Below the pieces are notes generated by a model that saw only the letters and a list, made by a program, of their open reading frames with translations, did no database searches and was not told the origin of the DNA. A stretch of DNA of 64,000 nt, from assembly GCF_009914755.1 (NCBI RefSeq), contig NC_060945.1, one strand, 5' to 3'. The stretch is from the human T2T-CHM13v2.0 reference genome, Homo sapiens. Below, piece after piece: positions 1-13,759 of the stretch. The stretch's first letter is position 1. Every line of letters starts with the position of its first letter. Both the position numbers and the translations under genes were made by a program.

Positions 1-1126
1 ATTCTGATTATTTTTGCACATTTTTAATTGTTTATATGGAGGAGATAATTTGCATATGCCCTCACATCATCATTTGCATTGCTATCACTCTTCTTCTTCA
101 TATTATGGTCAAATGTAATATCACTAGAAATAAAAATATTTTCATGAGCACTTGCTAAGATCAAGATTCAGTCTTAAACTTGACCTTTTCAGAAATGCTT
201 TTCAATATTCAGAAGGTAGTGGTTCCTTCCTAAATAACACAACATAGCTGTAAACAATTGGATCTATTTCCTTTCCTCACCCATTTCATTCAACAAATGT
301 CTTTTCCCTCAACTCCCTTATGTTTTAGAATTATCTGACTCCTGTGGTCATCTTCTTTCTGAGGGTTAGCAATCATTCAATAACTTCTAAGCATATAAGT
401 TTTTAGAAATTCATTTACATGATGTATAGTAGGCACACCATTTTTCATGGAATTGAAACAGGATTCCTTTTTATCTCAAACCTACAGGTTGTTGGTAAGC
501 ATGTAAGTGATACTTTTCACTTTGGCTACATCACACCATTCTAAATTCGTATCTTTTCAAGTGCTATTATTTCTGACATTTCAAGCTGTAAACCTAGAAA
601 GGCAGTACTCAGATGTCCACTTTGTGGATTTTGTATTTTTCTACGTGATAGGCCTATGTAATAATATAGTTTTCCCTTTCAGACACTTCGAATAATTTAA
701 AGCAAATTATTTTCATGGAAAACTGGTCCATGTTTGAGTCCTGAAGTGCTTACACTAGGAGGGAAGTAACCTTTTCAGATGAGTGTCTGTTTTACTACAT
801 TTCCGCAAGAAACATCAAATTTCATATTTCACTATTTTTAAACTAGAGAAGCCTAGGAAATTGTTATTTTCCAAGAACAATATGATGCTGAATTTCCCCT
901 TCTCCCTTCGCCAAACAGTGTGATAGAATTTTCAGTCATTCTCACAAGAATTAATAATTAATTATTCTATTACTGTTTCAAAGTAAAAATTCTCTGCCAC
1001 TATCTCCACAAAATTTGTCACTTTGCCACCACCAGCACTATGATGACTGAGAATAATCAGGGCAAAATTTGATTCCTATAATGTTAATAGAAGCCGACTA
1101 AATGGACATCATTTATTTGGTAAGTG

Positions 1127-1252
1127 TTAGAGTGTAAGCTCCACGTAGACAGTTTTTTATCTGTTTTTTTTCAGTGTCAGATACCAAGATTTGAGCACAG
1201 TTTCTGATGTATACTCAGTGCTAAATAGCATGTTGAATGAAGGGATGAATGA
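1127..1252 (+). mobile_element. L2 LINE 3' end
   Basis: tagagtgtaagctcca...tgttgaatgaagggatgaatga resembles the L2 3' terminus with its (TGAA)n tail. Confidence 0.6.
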
Positions 1253-1344
1253 CTTCTGTGCTCAAATTCTATTTGATTAATTCAAACATAATCTGCCTCT
1301 TGTGCACAGGATGAAATTATCCTGACTCTGTATTTTTAATTATA

Positions 1345-1588
1345 ATAATAGCAATATGAAATATATCTGTATAATTTTATAAAATTCACAAAATCATTTA
1401 CAAACCACATTTTCTCACCTAAGACTCTAAACAGAGCAAGGCTTTATTAACATAATTTTATTGATAATCACATTTAGACTAGGAGAAATTGAGTGTGATT
1501 TATCCAAGAGTCACAGAGTGAGAAAATATCAAGAGGTTTCAAACTCAGGGCTTATGACTTCTGAGTCTCTATGTATTTCACTACATCC
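1345..1588 (-). mobile_element. MIR SINE (degenerate)
   Basis: gatttatccaagagtcacag...ttcaaactcagg...gacttctgagtc resembles the antisense MIR core. Confidence 0.5.
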
Positions 1589-1689
1589 ATGCATTGTATA
1601 TAGTATTTTTCAAAGTTTGCAAAACAATGCCCCTTATTTACCTTATGTGATTCTTTTATTTCTCCCCTTCCCCAACTTTGGAGATAAGC

Positions 1690-2194
1690 AGGGTTTTGTT
1701 TATCTAATGCTACACAAAAGGTCACCCCCAAACTTGGAAACCAAAATAATTATTTATGGTAATTTGTGTTGACTGAGCTCAACTGGTTATTTCTCACTTG
1801 AGATATCTCCTGGAGTGTCGGTCAGATAGTAGCAAAATCTAGAGTCATCTGAAAGTTCAACTAGACTGGACAACCAAGAAAGTATCTTCATTCACATGTC
1901 TGACACCTCAGGTGGGATTGCTAAAAGAGCAGACACTATAGCTCTTTTTCTTTTTGTGGACTCTTCATTTGGCTATCTTGGGCTTCCTCAAACTTAGAGT
2001 CCTCAGAGTGCTTGAACTTCATGTTCAAAAAGTTGGCTTCCTACAGACTACACATTCCTAGAGAAAAAGAAACACGCCACATTCTATCATTTACACAGGG
2101 CAAGCCCTCATTTATTTTGGTTAAAAACTATACAAAAAAGTGAATACTGGACAGCATGTTTCACTAAGGGCCATTTTTCAAAAGACAGCCACAC
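1690..2194 (-). mobile_element. MaLR LTR, MLT1H/I-like
   Basis: agagtcatctgaaag, cattcacatgtctg, cttgggcttcctca and terminal gggccattttt...gccacac are typical antisense MLT1 motifs. Confidence 0.55.
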
Positions 2195-2249
2195 TCTACA
2201 ATGGTGAACATACATATTGTAGTACTGAGTGGCCAATTTCTTTACCTAT

Positions 2250-2425
2250 AGCCTGGGTTTGACTCACTTATTGGATTACCTTGGAAATCCAAGGTAAATC
2301 TTACTTAATTTCTCTTAGTTTCCATTCCTTATTAAAGTATAGCAATTGTTACCTCATAAGGTTGTGTCACTTTTGAATTAGATAATCAAAATAAATGAAC
2401 TTTGCACACTCTAAAGTGTTATCTA
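2250..2425 (+). mobile_element. MIR fragment
   Basis: ttacttaatttctc...acctcataaggttgt...attagataat. Confidence 0.4.
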
Positions 2426-3169
2426 TTTTATTAATGGTGTCATGGGACATTGGCTGCTTCTCTTTGAAAATCAAACCTTTCTTCACTGGTACCTTCTTAA
2501 TCCTCAGAGACTAGAAATTTGAAGTCAAAATGTATCATATGAAGTGATCTTTCACCTCCACCACCATTTTATTCCACTGTTATATGTACTCAACAGACTT
2601 CTTACAGTTAAATTCATTTTCCAAAGCAGCCATTCTGACTAACCACTCCCTAATATTCTCTGTACCAAATATGTCTCAAGCCTGGTAAAAAATGGACCCT
2701 ATAATTTTCCTGGACAACATTTCCTTATAAATTCAAATTTTACCTAAAATTATCTCCTCCATAATTATTCCTTAAGCTTCTTTGAGATCAGTAGCTTCAA
2801 AGTAGGTGAAGTCTCAGTAACTCGAGCAGAAGATGTTACCTATTAAGCATCTAGCACTATCGCAGGAATTGGTTTCCACTCAATTGTTTAATTATCATCA
2901 CTGTTCTCTCTCAATTAGGAAAAAATAAGGATACAAGAGAATAGAAAGTAGGGCAGTATCAGGTATTGTGTTGGAGAAAGGCAGAAAAATTGAGGAGCAA
3001 TGAAGTGCATGTACGGAGGGTTACGCTGTGAAGATAGTACTTCAATAGTTTCCAACACGGTGCAAAAAGAACTTTTATGTTCTGAACCAATCTTAATGTT
3101 AAATGTAATCTTTATCTCTCACTCATTGCACTAAAAGAAATACTTGAATTATAATTCTTCATTTGAAAC

Positions 3170-3485
3170 AAATGATAACTGGAATGATTCAGTATAGGGG
3201 AAAACATAAGGGGGAATGCAGAAATGGTCATTTTCAGGAAAATGCTCTCTGGTAAGAGGATAGGATGTGGTGTGGTCTTTGCTAGAATTACTGACAGACC
3301 AGCCACTCTCAAAGGAAGGAAAGCAAAGAATGTGATTTCAGATGCAGGCATGCTGATGGATTTGATGGTGGGAGCATCAGGAAATTCTCTTTTGGCTGCT
3401 TTCATTTTCCCTGTAAAATGAAAAACAAGAATATTAGCTGAGAGAGGAAGGGCAGAAAAATTTGGAGGTTTAAGAAGAGAGGTCA
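3170..3485 (-). mobile_element. L2 LINE internal (ORF2) fragment
   Basis: ggtgggagcatcaggaaattctc...tagctgagag...ttggaggtttaagaagagagg resembles antisense L2; accounts for ORFs 3112-3486 and 3224-3421. Confidence 0.55.
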
Positions 3486-3589
3486 AAGTATACCTCAGAA
3501 AGGTACATGTCCCAGCTAGGACCCAAAAACTCTTTTAAGGGATTAGTATGAATGGTGGAAAAGAAAGAATTTTGCTTTTCTCAGATCTG

Positions 3590-3872
3590 GAATTGCATGC
3601 TATATTGGCCTGGAGCTGCTAACAGCCATCTTTCCAAATGTGTAGAAAAGTCAGACTGAAAACAAAGTCAACACAGAAAATAATAGAACAAATATGGAAT
3701 GAGAGAGGCAAAATTCTTACATTACCATTGCAGGGCATGACAGCAGCCAGGCTTGTACAGAAAGCACCCCCTGAGGTTTTCTACTACATGAGTGAATACA
3801 TTTCTTTGTTGATTAAGCTTGTTTGAATGTGTGTGTTTTTGTCAATTATAATCAAAAGAGTACTCTATACAT
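3590..3872 (+). mobile_element. MaLR LTR, MLT1J/K-like 3' part
   Basis: gcctggagctgctaacagccatctt...tacatgagtgaatacatttc...ttaagcttgtttgaat. Confidence 0.55.
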
Positions 3873-3964
3873 CAGATAGTTAAGGAGTAGTGTTTTAAGT
3901 TTCAAATAATAAATTCTTAAAATGACCAGAAAAATAGTGTAACAAATTGATAGATTATCAAGAT

Positions 3965-4095
3965 TGTTTTTAGAATTAGAAAACTGAGTTTGAATTTTGA
4001 CTGATCCATGTAATGAGATGTGTGAACTTTGGGCTTACTTAATCTCCCTGAGCTTCGTATCATCTATAAATTGAGTATAATGATAACATCTCCCA
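3965..4095 (+). mobile_element. MIR
   Basis: ttacttaatctccctgagcttc...catctataaattgagtataatgata. Confidence 0.55.
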
Positions 4096-4134
4096 TGTAA
4101 GTCCTGGGCAATATATCAATATTTTATACATATT

Positions 4135-4285
4135 ATCTTCCCAATATTCCAATTCTCCAGTAGAGCAGGTATTATTATCTTGCATTTACAAATGAGAAGA
4201 TTGAGACTTAGCAAGGTTAATAATCAGCCCAACATTCCACAACTAGTAAGGTGGTATTGAACCCATCTTTCTATTACCTGAAACC
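4135..4285 (-). mobile_element. MIR
   Basis: ggtattattatcttgcatttacaaatgagaagattgagacttagcaaggttaa, antisense MIR core. Confidence 0.6.
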
Positions 4286-4286
4286 T

Positions 4287-4424
4287 GGAGTGACCACAAA
4301 ATCTCAATTCACCTGGGACTATTGTAGTCTGTGCTTATTGCACCTGCATTCCATCCAATTAGCACATTCTTTCACTTACAAAAAAAAAAAATCTTGGATT
4401 TGACAATAGATTAGATGGTCACCG
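4287..4424. mobile_element. MER94-like hAT-Blackjack MITE
   Basis: Termini GAGTGACCA...TGGTCACC; internal cctgggac and ctttcact...ggatttgacaatagattagatggtcacc. Confidence 0.6.
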
Positions 4425-4429
4425 TTGAA

Positions 4430-4839
4430 GGTTGGGTTTTACAAGAAGCTGACTCTGAAGTCACAGATGAGCTTGCCGGAAGTTAATTGGGGAATACTTT
4501 CTGGATCTACACCTTAGGGGGTAAAAAAAAGATCAAGATTGGCCAGGGGAAGAACAAAAGCCTCAGCAAACCGCACAGGGACCTTGGAAGCTGGAATGAC
4601 ACTTTGGAGTTGTTCCATTTGGAACAAGAGTCTCTGAGCCATGATATCACTGTATCATCCCACTCACCATATGAGGTCCTGCCCTAAGAAAGGGAGTGCT
4701 CTTCAACAAGGTAGCACTCTTCAGCTGAGGACAATTTCTGGAGAAAGCTGACAGCTGAGAGTTTTATGCTGGCAGCACTCCCAGTAGCTGGAGAAAGAAG
4801 TTCTTCAGAAGGACTGGGCCACGTACATCTCTACCACAG
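4430..4839 (-). mobile_element. LTR16-type ERVL LTR
   Basis: agaagctgactctga...ctcttcagctgaggacaatt...ggcagcactcccagtagctgg...ctaccaca. Confidence 0.6.
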
Positions 4840-4912
4840 CTGTAAACTTTCATTTCTTATGATTGACTTACTGCCTCTGGACAATAGTTTCTTTACAAAG
4901 TTGCTCTGAGTA

Positions 4913-5210
<298 letters not shown>

Positions 5211-6018
5211 GCTCTGAGTATTAATAAAAGCATGCCTATACTATGTTTAATAGTACCTGGTATATATTAATATACACTTACATATTTATACACACACCAC
5301 ACCTATTCCTATACATACAGATTCAATAAATGGCAACAATTATTTTGTTAAATGTTATTATGTATTACGTGTGATATATATTATAATAACATAAATATTA
5401 TTGTAAAGTTACCACTTCAAAACGAGGAGTCTGAAATCATTGAAAAATAAGATTTATAAAATTTTCTTTGGAGTTTGTCTAACTTGAAAGATCGCCAAGA
5501 GCAGCCCAGCACAATGTCCTGATACATAAACTGTTAAAAATCCTGAAGCTTCCTGAGAGCCACATAGGCAGAAAGAATCTAGGTATAGGTCAGTGAAAGG
5601 AATCCCATATGAGAAGTGGTGGTGGAGGAAGTGTGGGTTGGTGGAAGAGATGTATGGCTATTAACGTGCTATTGAAATCCACTAATTCTCATACTCAAAA
5701 GCCTTTGGGAAGAATAGAGGAAAATGTTTTTCCCCTATTTGCAATCTTCTTTAAGTACTAAGCCCATAATTGGGGTGGTTGTGGAAAAGGTGGATCTAGA
5801 ACTCCATCAAACAACTTCCCTCTGGCCATTTCTGCATCCTCACTGTATTATTTGTTAATTCTACTCCTAAAATTGTGTGGAGGTTAACCAGGGCTTCAAA
5901 CTAAACATATTAGTAGTAAAAGAGAGATTCCCTATTGAATTAATCTGACGTGATTACAGAAAAGGCAACTCATTCCTCCAGGACTTGGAGACTTTGAAGT
6001 GTGCACATGCATAGAAAA

Positions 6019-6514
6019 TGTGGTGGTTAATTTTTCTAAGGTCAGCTTGGCTGGGCTAAGGAATGCCCAAATAGCGGGTAAAACATTATTTCTAGATGCG
6101 TCTGTGAAGGTGTCATTTTGATAGACTGAGTAAAGATTGCCCTCACCAATGTGGGTGGAGCTTATGCAATGCATTGAGGACCCAAACAGAACAAAAAGGC
6201 AGAGGAAGGGAGAACTGGCTGTCTCTGCTTGAGTTGGAACATCATATTTTTCTGTCTTTGGACATCAGATATTTGGTTCTCTGGACTTTGGACTCAAAAT
6301 GGAATTTCTGCCATTGATTCCCCTGGTTCTCAGACCTTGAGGTTTGGACTGGCACTACACTACTTGCCTTCCTGGGCCTCTGGCTTGCAAACAGCAGTTG
6401 ATAGGATTTCTCAGCCTCCAAAATCACATGACCCAATCCTTCATAATAATTATCTTTCTATATATTTTTATATAGTTATTGATTCTGTTTCTCTGGAGAA
6501 CTCTGTCTAAAATA
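6019..6514 (+). mobile_element. MLT2 (ERVL) solo LTR, MLT2B-D-like
   Basis: Starts tgtggtggttaattt; contains gccctcaccaatgtgggtgg and ggcagaggaagggagaa; ends gttctgtttctctggagaac-like. Confidence 0.85.
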
Positions 6515-6670
6515 GATATTTGGAAATAGCAAGCAAAAATTTTGGAAACTCTTCCTAGTCAAAATATAAAGTAGACAATTAATTACCCTCATGGAGTAGT
6601 AGCATCCTGGGCAATATATTTTGCTAATGCAGCAAAATACAATTGTTAGTTGACTCACTCTAGCTCTAAG

Positions 6671-6694
6671 TCTATCTATCTATCTATCTATCTA
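6671..6694. repeat. (TCTA)6 microsatellite
   Basis: Read directly. Confidence 0.9.
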
Positions 6695-7703
6695 TATAAT
6701 ATATATTTTTTTGTCTCTTTCAATTTTCTTATGCTGATCAAGACGATCAGAAGACTGGTTTTTAGACTATTGGTAACTACTACAAGTTTGAAATATTTAA
6801 TTTGAGTTAATTCATATACATTATGAGAAAGTTTGAGAGAAACCTAATGCTCAATTAACAAATAATTTAAATATTATTTCCATTTTATTACTTGATTCCC
6901 CAAGTCTTTCAGTGGCTGCCTTGGATAATAGGTATGCTTTGGAATGTACATGTGAGATTTCAAAAGCAAAACAAAATGAATTATGACATTCTTTTATGAA
7001 GTAGAATTTCTGAGAGTAATTCAGTGTAAGTAAAATCAATATAAACATCTATATTATCCCTGATTGATGGGAAAAGGATAATATACTATCAAAACTACCT
7101 TGAAAGTAATCGTAAAGTGGATTTTCCACTCAGGATACCTTTTCACAGTTTTATTCCCTAGGAGAGAATGTCATGTGCTATTAACCCTCATGAACCCTTG
7201 ACCTTGGTTCACATAAAGACAGTGAGAACTGGTCCTAGTTATTAAAGAAATTAGGCATAGACACATTCTTGCTTTTATAGTAAGAAATAATAAGGTTTTC
7301 TTTCACCCTGGGGAGAGGTTATTAAAGCTAAATATTACAATGTTTTTTAAGGGAGAGAGTTCGTTTTGACAATCCAAGAGAAGTGTATGTTTTGCATAAA
7401 TACATAATGTAGATTTGTGATTTTATAAAGATGACAAAAAGTAAAAACAAAGTAAGTCTGTTAAGAACATATAGAAGAATAAGAAACATTCCTGTTAGAC
7501 CAGCTTGTAAAAACAATTTAAATTATTAGACGGAGACTACATTCCATTTTATAAAGAGCAAAAATTAGATAGGTAATTGTCCTGTTACGAGTTATTCGAG
7601 AATGTTTTATATATTTAAATAATTCGCTACCAATGATGGCATGAACAGAAATACAGATTACATTTACTGTCAATCTCTATTTGAGGAGGTTTAATTTTGT
7701 GAT

Positions 7704-8906
7704 TGTGTCCAGAATTGGTGGGTTCTTGGTCTCGCTGACTTCAAGAATGACGCCGCGGACCTTAGCAGTGAGTGTTACAGTTCTTAAAGATGGTGTGTCT
7801 GGAGTCTGTTCCTTCATATTTTCAGATGTGTCCGGGGTTTCTTCTTTCTGGTGGGTTCATGGTCTGGCTGACTTCAGGAGTGAAGCTGCAGGCCTTAACA
7901 GTGAGTGTTAACAGCTCTTAAAGGCGGCACATCTGGAGTTGTTCGTTCCTTCCGGTGGGTTCCTGGTCTCACTGGCCTCAGGAGTGAAACTGCAGACCTT
8001 CCACGTGAGTGTTACAGTTCACAAAGGTGGTGTCCAGAGTTGTTCCTTCCTCCCATCCAGAGTTGTTCGACCCTCCCCGTGGGTTCATGGTCTCGCTGGC
8101 TTCAGGAGTGAAGCTGCAGACCTTCACTGTGACGGTTACAGCTCATAAAGGCGGCACAGACCCAAAGAGCCAGCAACATTAAGATTGATTGCAAAGAGCA
8201 AAAGAACAAAGCCACCACAGCATAGAAGGGCACCTGAGAAGGTTACCGCTGCTGGCTCAGGTGGCCTGCTTTTATTCCCTTATCTGGCCCCACTCACATC
8301 CTGCTGATTGGTCCATTTTGCAGAGAGCTGATTGGTGTGTTTACAAACCTTCAGCTAGACACAGAGTGCTGATTGGTGCATTTACAATCTTTTAGCTAGA
8401 TGGAAAAGTTCTCCAAGTCCCTACCCGGCCCAGAAGCCCAGCCGGCTTCACCTCTCACTGGCGCTGGCTGCAGGACTTTGCTGCCGCACCTAACCCGGGC
8501 ACTCTGGCAGCCTAGAGAAAGCTCCTCCCAGACAATCAAGAGGAAAAGAGGGGAAGAGAGAAAGAGACGGAGAGCTGCCATCATGGCCAAAGACCCCGCG
8601 AAGAGGGACGGCGGTCTACGCACGGGACCCAGCCTCCGATCAAGCCCAGCAGGTGCCGAGATCGCGCCCACCCGGACCCCACGCTGGCTGGCCAGCGCTG
8701 CGGGCAGCCCCAGCTTCTGCCCGCGCCTCTCTCTTCACACTTCCCCGAGAGCAGAGGGAGCCGGCTCAGGCCTCAGCCAGCCCCAGAGAAGGGCCCTCAC
8801 AGCGCAGGGGGGCGCTGAAGGGCTCCTGGAGCGTGGCCAGAGCGGACATGGAGGCCGAGGAGGCGCCAAGAGCGAGCGAGGGCTGCTAGCACGTTGTCAT
8901 CTCTCA
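7704..8906 (-). mobile_element. Solo LTR12 (HERV9/ERV1), ~1.2 kb
   Basis: tgtgtccagaattggtgggttcttggtctc...cacgttgtcatctctca are the antisense LTR12 termini; tandem ggagtgaagctgcagacctt units; 4-bp TSD TGAT at 7700-7703 and 8907-8910. Confidence 0.95.
8270..8376 (-). promoter_or_regulatory. LTR12 core promoter: three CCAAT (NF-Y) boxes plus AATAAAA TATA-like box
   Basis: ctgattgg at 8304, 8328 and 8369 (CCAATCAG on minus); ttttatt at 8270-8276; known LTR12 U3 architecture. Confidence 0.7.
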
Positions 8907-8955
8907 TGATGTTGTAAAATAAGAAAGAGTAAATGTTATTTTAGAATTCCTTCCT

Positions 8956-9308
<353 letters not shown>

Positions 9309-11724
9309 TCAAAAGATACAAAAACATCTATAAGAGTTAAGCAAAGCTATATTTATTTTGCTGCAACACTGCTATGCACAGTGACATGGTCAAGTTGCTT
9401 TTTATAATGATTTATAGTGATATTAATTTGCATCAGTCGTTTTCATGACCCCAAAGCCAACTCAATAATACCAGAAAATATTTGTTTGCTTGCCTACATT
9501 TTGTAATAATCCAATGTCCTGAAATAAAAATGAATATTTTCTTCCTGGAAATAAAGTGAGATAATTTTCTTCTTCCGAGAGAGTCATGAAACAAGAACAG
9601 AATGACATTATACTAAACTATTTCACAAATATTGGTCAACAGTGGAGGCTTTTTTGTTCATTTATGTAAATTTGATTTGGCTCTATTTTCCTAAGTTGCA
9701 TTTTATGCTTCTTTCACCTGCCTTGCCAAATGAAAAGAAAAATCATTTATTTATTAAAACATACACTAATAGAAGAAAATAATTTCACTCTTCACAAACT
9801 TTGGCATTATGAAGTCACTGGTTACTGGAGATTTAATTTCTGTAACATATCTGAAGTGCTTATTTTTTTCTTTCCATGAAGGAAACCTTTTGGAATTAAG
9901 ATATGGTACATTGAACTAAACGGGGATTGCATTTGCTGTTTCTGTGATAACATTTTACATCTGAAATTCCAATAAATATTTCTCTTCTTGCTTTGAGGTG
10001 GTTTAGTTAATCATTCAGGTGGTTGGCTTTCATAAGAAGTAAAGGCATGCCAGCATTTATAGTTTCCCAGAGTTCGTTTTTTGCCTCAAGCTTGTATTTA
10101 TTCTTATTACACTCACTAGCTTAGATACCAGGTGAATACCTGGGAGAAAGAAACAATTAATTTCAAAAGTAATAAAAATAAAAGAACAAAAAAACACAAA
10201 ACTATTCAACATGCCAGCAATCCTGTTCTCTTAAGAAACCTACCTGTTTTTTTCAATGTGTGTAAGTTTTAGCATTTTATAGCAATTAGATGAGTCTGTA
10301 TATCACTAGAACTTCTGTCGCTGGAATTAGGACAAAACTATTTTCTGCAATAAATATTTGGCTCTAAAAATCTATTTTGACCTGTACTATAATGCATAGC
10401 AGCAGAATTAAAATATTGTGTGTTATCATCAAAAGTTTCAGCCTTATTTTTTCACATTTGAATATAAATATTAAAATGATGAAGGCCCATTTCTTTTAGT
10501 CTTTTTATTCTTAGAGAATGCTGAATAAATGTTATAAAACAAGAAAAAGACTGTAAAATAATAATTGCTAATTATAAAAAAAATTTAAAAATATGTCATC
10601 AAGCCACAATAGCGGTTCTTTATTTCTTTTTTTAATTTAAAATGGACATGAACAAACTTTCATAATACCTTTGTGGAATCTAGTTAGAGCTTTACTCCAT
10701 TACAGAATAGAAACTTTTCACTGTGAAGAGATCAAAAGCACTGCTTTCCTTTGTGGCAAATGAATATTTTATTATCTAATGCTAAATAAAATTTGCTGGC
10801 AAAAGAAATGATATGCTAGTAAAAAAACAACAAAAGACTTTTTCTGACAGTATGATTTACATAGCTACATTTTCATTACTTTTATTTTTCTACATAACTA
10901 GTGTCTTTTCAGTTGCAAATGTTTGACATTCTGACAAGTAGTGTGGCAGAGTCTTAGATTATAGGTTGCATTTAGCCAAAAGAAAGACTTCGAATGGAAT
11001 TTTTTTCTATTGACACACTTTCTAACAACATACTTATTTTCTAAAAAGGTTTTTATAACTTAGTGTTGATAATATCAAATATCTAAGCAATTTTGCTTAA
11101 AAAGCATAGAACACCAATATTTAATGAAGATTAATTAAATAGCACACATTGACTACTTGTTTAAAAATATTCGGAAAATTTTGACACATGCTAAAGTGCT
11201 GAAGTATGGTTTTGGCCTTCCATAAAAATAATATATTGTGCATAAATGGACGCAGAATGAAGAAAGCAATGAGAAAACATCTAGAAAATTGCTAGTGTGG
11301 TAAACATATTAAAATAATTTGGCATGGGAAATGTTTTTTCTCTTTTAAATTTAATTATGGTAAGAAAGAAGAGCATTTTAAAGAAAATGTTAATTTCCAT
11401 CAACAATATGCAAGAGAAAATAATGTAGAGTATGTATATTAGAGAAACACATAACTGCATATATGTGTGGTTAAAACTTAATGCCTTCTGGCTTTGTCAT
11501 TTATAAGAATTATTACCTACACAAGGAGTACTGTGCTGAACCCTTTACATTTCCTTAGTTTTTTCACATAAAAGCAAACACGTCTCCATTTTCTTTCTTT
11601 TTTTTTTTTTGGATGTTCACCTGGTATTTACCTCTAAATTTCTAAATAACTGTGGAAAGGAGGGTTAACCCAATAGATGAGATTGCTCAAACCTTCCACA
11701 TTCCCAAGAAATATCTATTTTCCG

Positions 11725-12564
11725 GACTAGTCCCTGGCTGGCTCATGGAAGCTTAAGCACTGGGCTTCTCAGAGTCATGAAAATAAGGTCACTCCACTTT
11801 TTACTCTTTGGTTCTTGGACTCATACAGTCTATCTTAATGGTTAAATGACTGTCGGGTCAACACACATTCTGCATCTCAAAGGACAACACTACAATCCCA
11901 TGCATATTATTTCCAAGTTTATGCTTAGCTTCACTTTAAATTTTCTCAGGCCTCACCTTTTTGGGTGATATGGGGTTTAGTATGCAATCGTCTTGTGTCC
12001 ATTAACACACCTCTTTCACCATAAAACAGGTTTCTTTGCCTGTGAGTATATAATACAGGGTCCCATGTCAATATATCTGTGAACAATACTATCCTTAACT
12101 AGTAGTGTGGTCCTAGCCATTGTTAGCAAGAAAAGCAAATTTTACATGAGCCTTACTCAAAACCAACTGCTCCCCTTTTTGGAATGATCCTAAATGCTCA
12201 ACTTGCAACCAAGTGGCTGGTTGGCCTCCCCATAGAACAGTGTCCTGTTGAGGTCATAGTTTCTGATGATGACAGGATGGATATTCTGCAGCCACAATAG
12301 AAACCTGGATGAGAGGGAGCCTATGCTGTTGGCTTGCCAGCAGCCACCTTGGCTACATCCACTATGAGTGCCTCCACTATGAGCAGCTAAGGAGAGATAC
12401 TAGCTGGCATTTGCTGGATAAAAGACATCCCATCCACTTTGTTGTTTAGTGTCTGCTCTTCAGTGGGTGTTCTCTGATGGGCATTGATGTAAGATAACAA
12501 TACATCTTCTTTCTACCTGATTCCATGTGTTCATCTACACTACTTTTTCCCAAATCGAGGTCAG
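11725..12564 (-). mobile_element. MaLR internal sequence (MLT1-int)
   Basis: Minus strand ggaggccaaccagccacttggttgcaagttgag and aatgcccatcagagaacaccc...ctaaacaacaaagtgga resemble the MLT-int pol/integrase relic. Confidence 0.6.
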
Positions 12565-13229
12565 TGTTAGGGCTCTGAACACAATACCCTAAAGTTTGGT
12601 ACCTGGTGTGCTGAGTACTTTGAACTACAGGAGATTGGAAGGACCTCAGAAGCAAGGTCTTTCTGACTTCTTATCCTCCTGTTTCCTTCTTCTCCTTCTT
12701 TGCTGAAGTCAGTCATGGAACTCAGACTTCCTCTTCTCCAAGGCGGATCATAGAAAGTAAAATTCTTCTTCCCCAAGGCACGTCATGGAAACAAAAATTC
12801 TTCTCCAAAGCAAGCCATAAAACCTAGAAGGCTCATTCTAACTTCTTTCCCTTCTCCCTTGAAGACACTTATTCTAGGAAGGTCCTGCCCATACCTAGGA
12901 GGAAGAAACCCTACATAAAGAGGCTAATAAATATTTGAATAGAAAGGCATTATTGTGTTTCCCCCTTCAGTCTGTTACCAATGGATTATACACTTTTGTC
13001 CAGTCAACTTTCTACGTGGATACCCATTCTTCATGAGCCTAAGCATCAAAATAGACAGTTCCCCCTGGGTCATTGGGTCTTCATTTCTGAAGGCTCCTGT
13101 GTCATGTAAAAAATTGATTAAATAAATTGCTATCCTTTTCTCTTGTTAATCTCTGTCTTTTGTTACAGGAATGTCAGCCATGACCTATGATGTGTGAAGA
13201 AAGATATCTCACACCTTTCTACCCCTTCA
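12565..13229 (+). mobile_element. ERV1 solo LTR, MER39-like
   Basis: tgttagggctctgaacacaataccctaaag...tgctgagtactttgaac...cctcagaagcaaggtc; internal ccaaggc..tcatagaa repeats; ends cccttca. Confidence 0.7.
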
Positions 13230-13479
13230 CCACTGTCTATTCCACTCTTAATCTGCACTCAACTACTGTGACTCTCCCCTTGGTCTCTTATCCCAGAGTA
13301 CTGTGACTCTACCTCTAAGCCTTGCTTCCTGCTCTTGTGCCATTTTTTACATCTTTCTCTAATCTTACGGATTAAATTATATCCATTTGAACGTCTGGGA
13401 TGAAATCTGTTTTCTGATGCATCCCTTACAAATATAAGGACATTTAAACAAATATTTAAGGGAGGATATCTCAGAGGAG

Positions 13480-13680
13480 ACTGTTTTGGACAGAAGTAAC
13501 ACCAAGATCTAATAAAGAAATCATACTTTGCCTGGATCTTTGAAAAACAGTACGACCAGTGTGAATGAATGGAGTAACCAAGAGGTTAGGCAGTAGGAGA
13601 TGAGGCCAGAGAAGAAAGAGGGTGTGGTAGCCCCCAATCCTGGCACTTACTTCCACTGGATCTAAAATCGAGCATGGAAT
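13480..13680 (-). mobile_element. L2 fragment
   Basis: tttgaaaaacagtacgaccagtgtg...gtaggagatgaggccagag. Confidence 0.45.
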
Positions 13681-13759
13681 TATGCTGACCACATCAGTCT
13701 AACTAATATTGATCTAAGTTATCATATGACTAGTAACATTTATGTTGTAGCACCTAAAT

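Noticed and set aside
7740-8150. Regularly spaced repeats superficially like a CRISPR array
   Set aside because: These are LTR12 U5 tandem units in eukaryotic DNA; the 'spacers' are also homologous to each other
8400-8909. 169-aa GC-rich ORF and overlapping ORFs
   Set aside because: Entirely within the antisense LTR12 U3; stop-poor because of GC content
10344-10357. 14-mer aatatttattgcag shared (inverted) with 51720-51733
   Set aside because: AT-rich and does not extend on either side; plausible by chance
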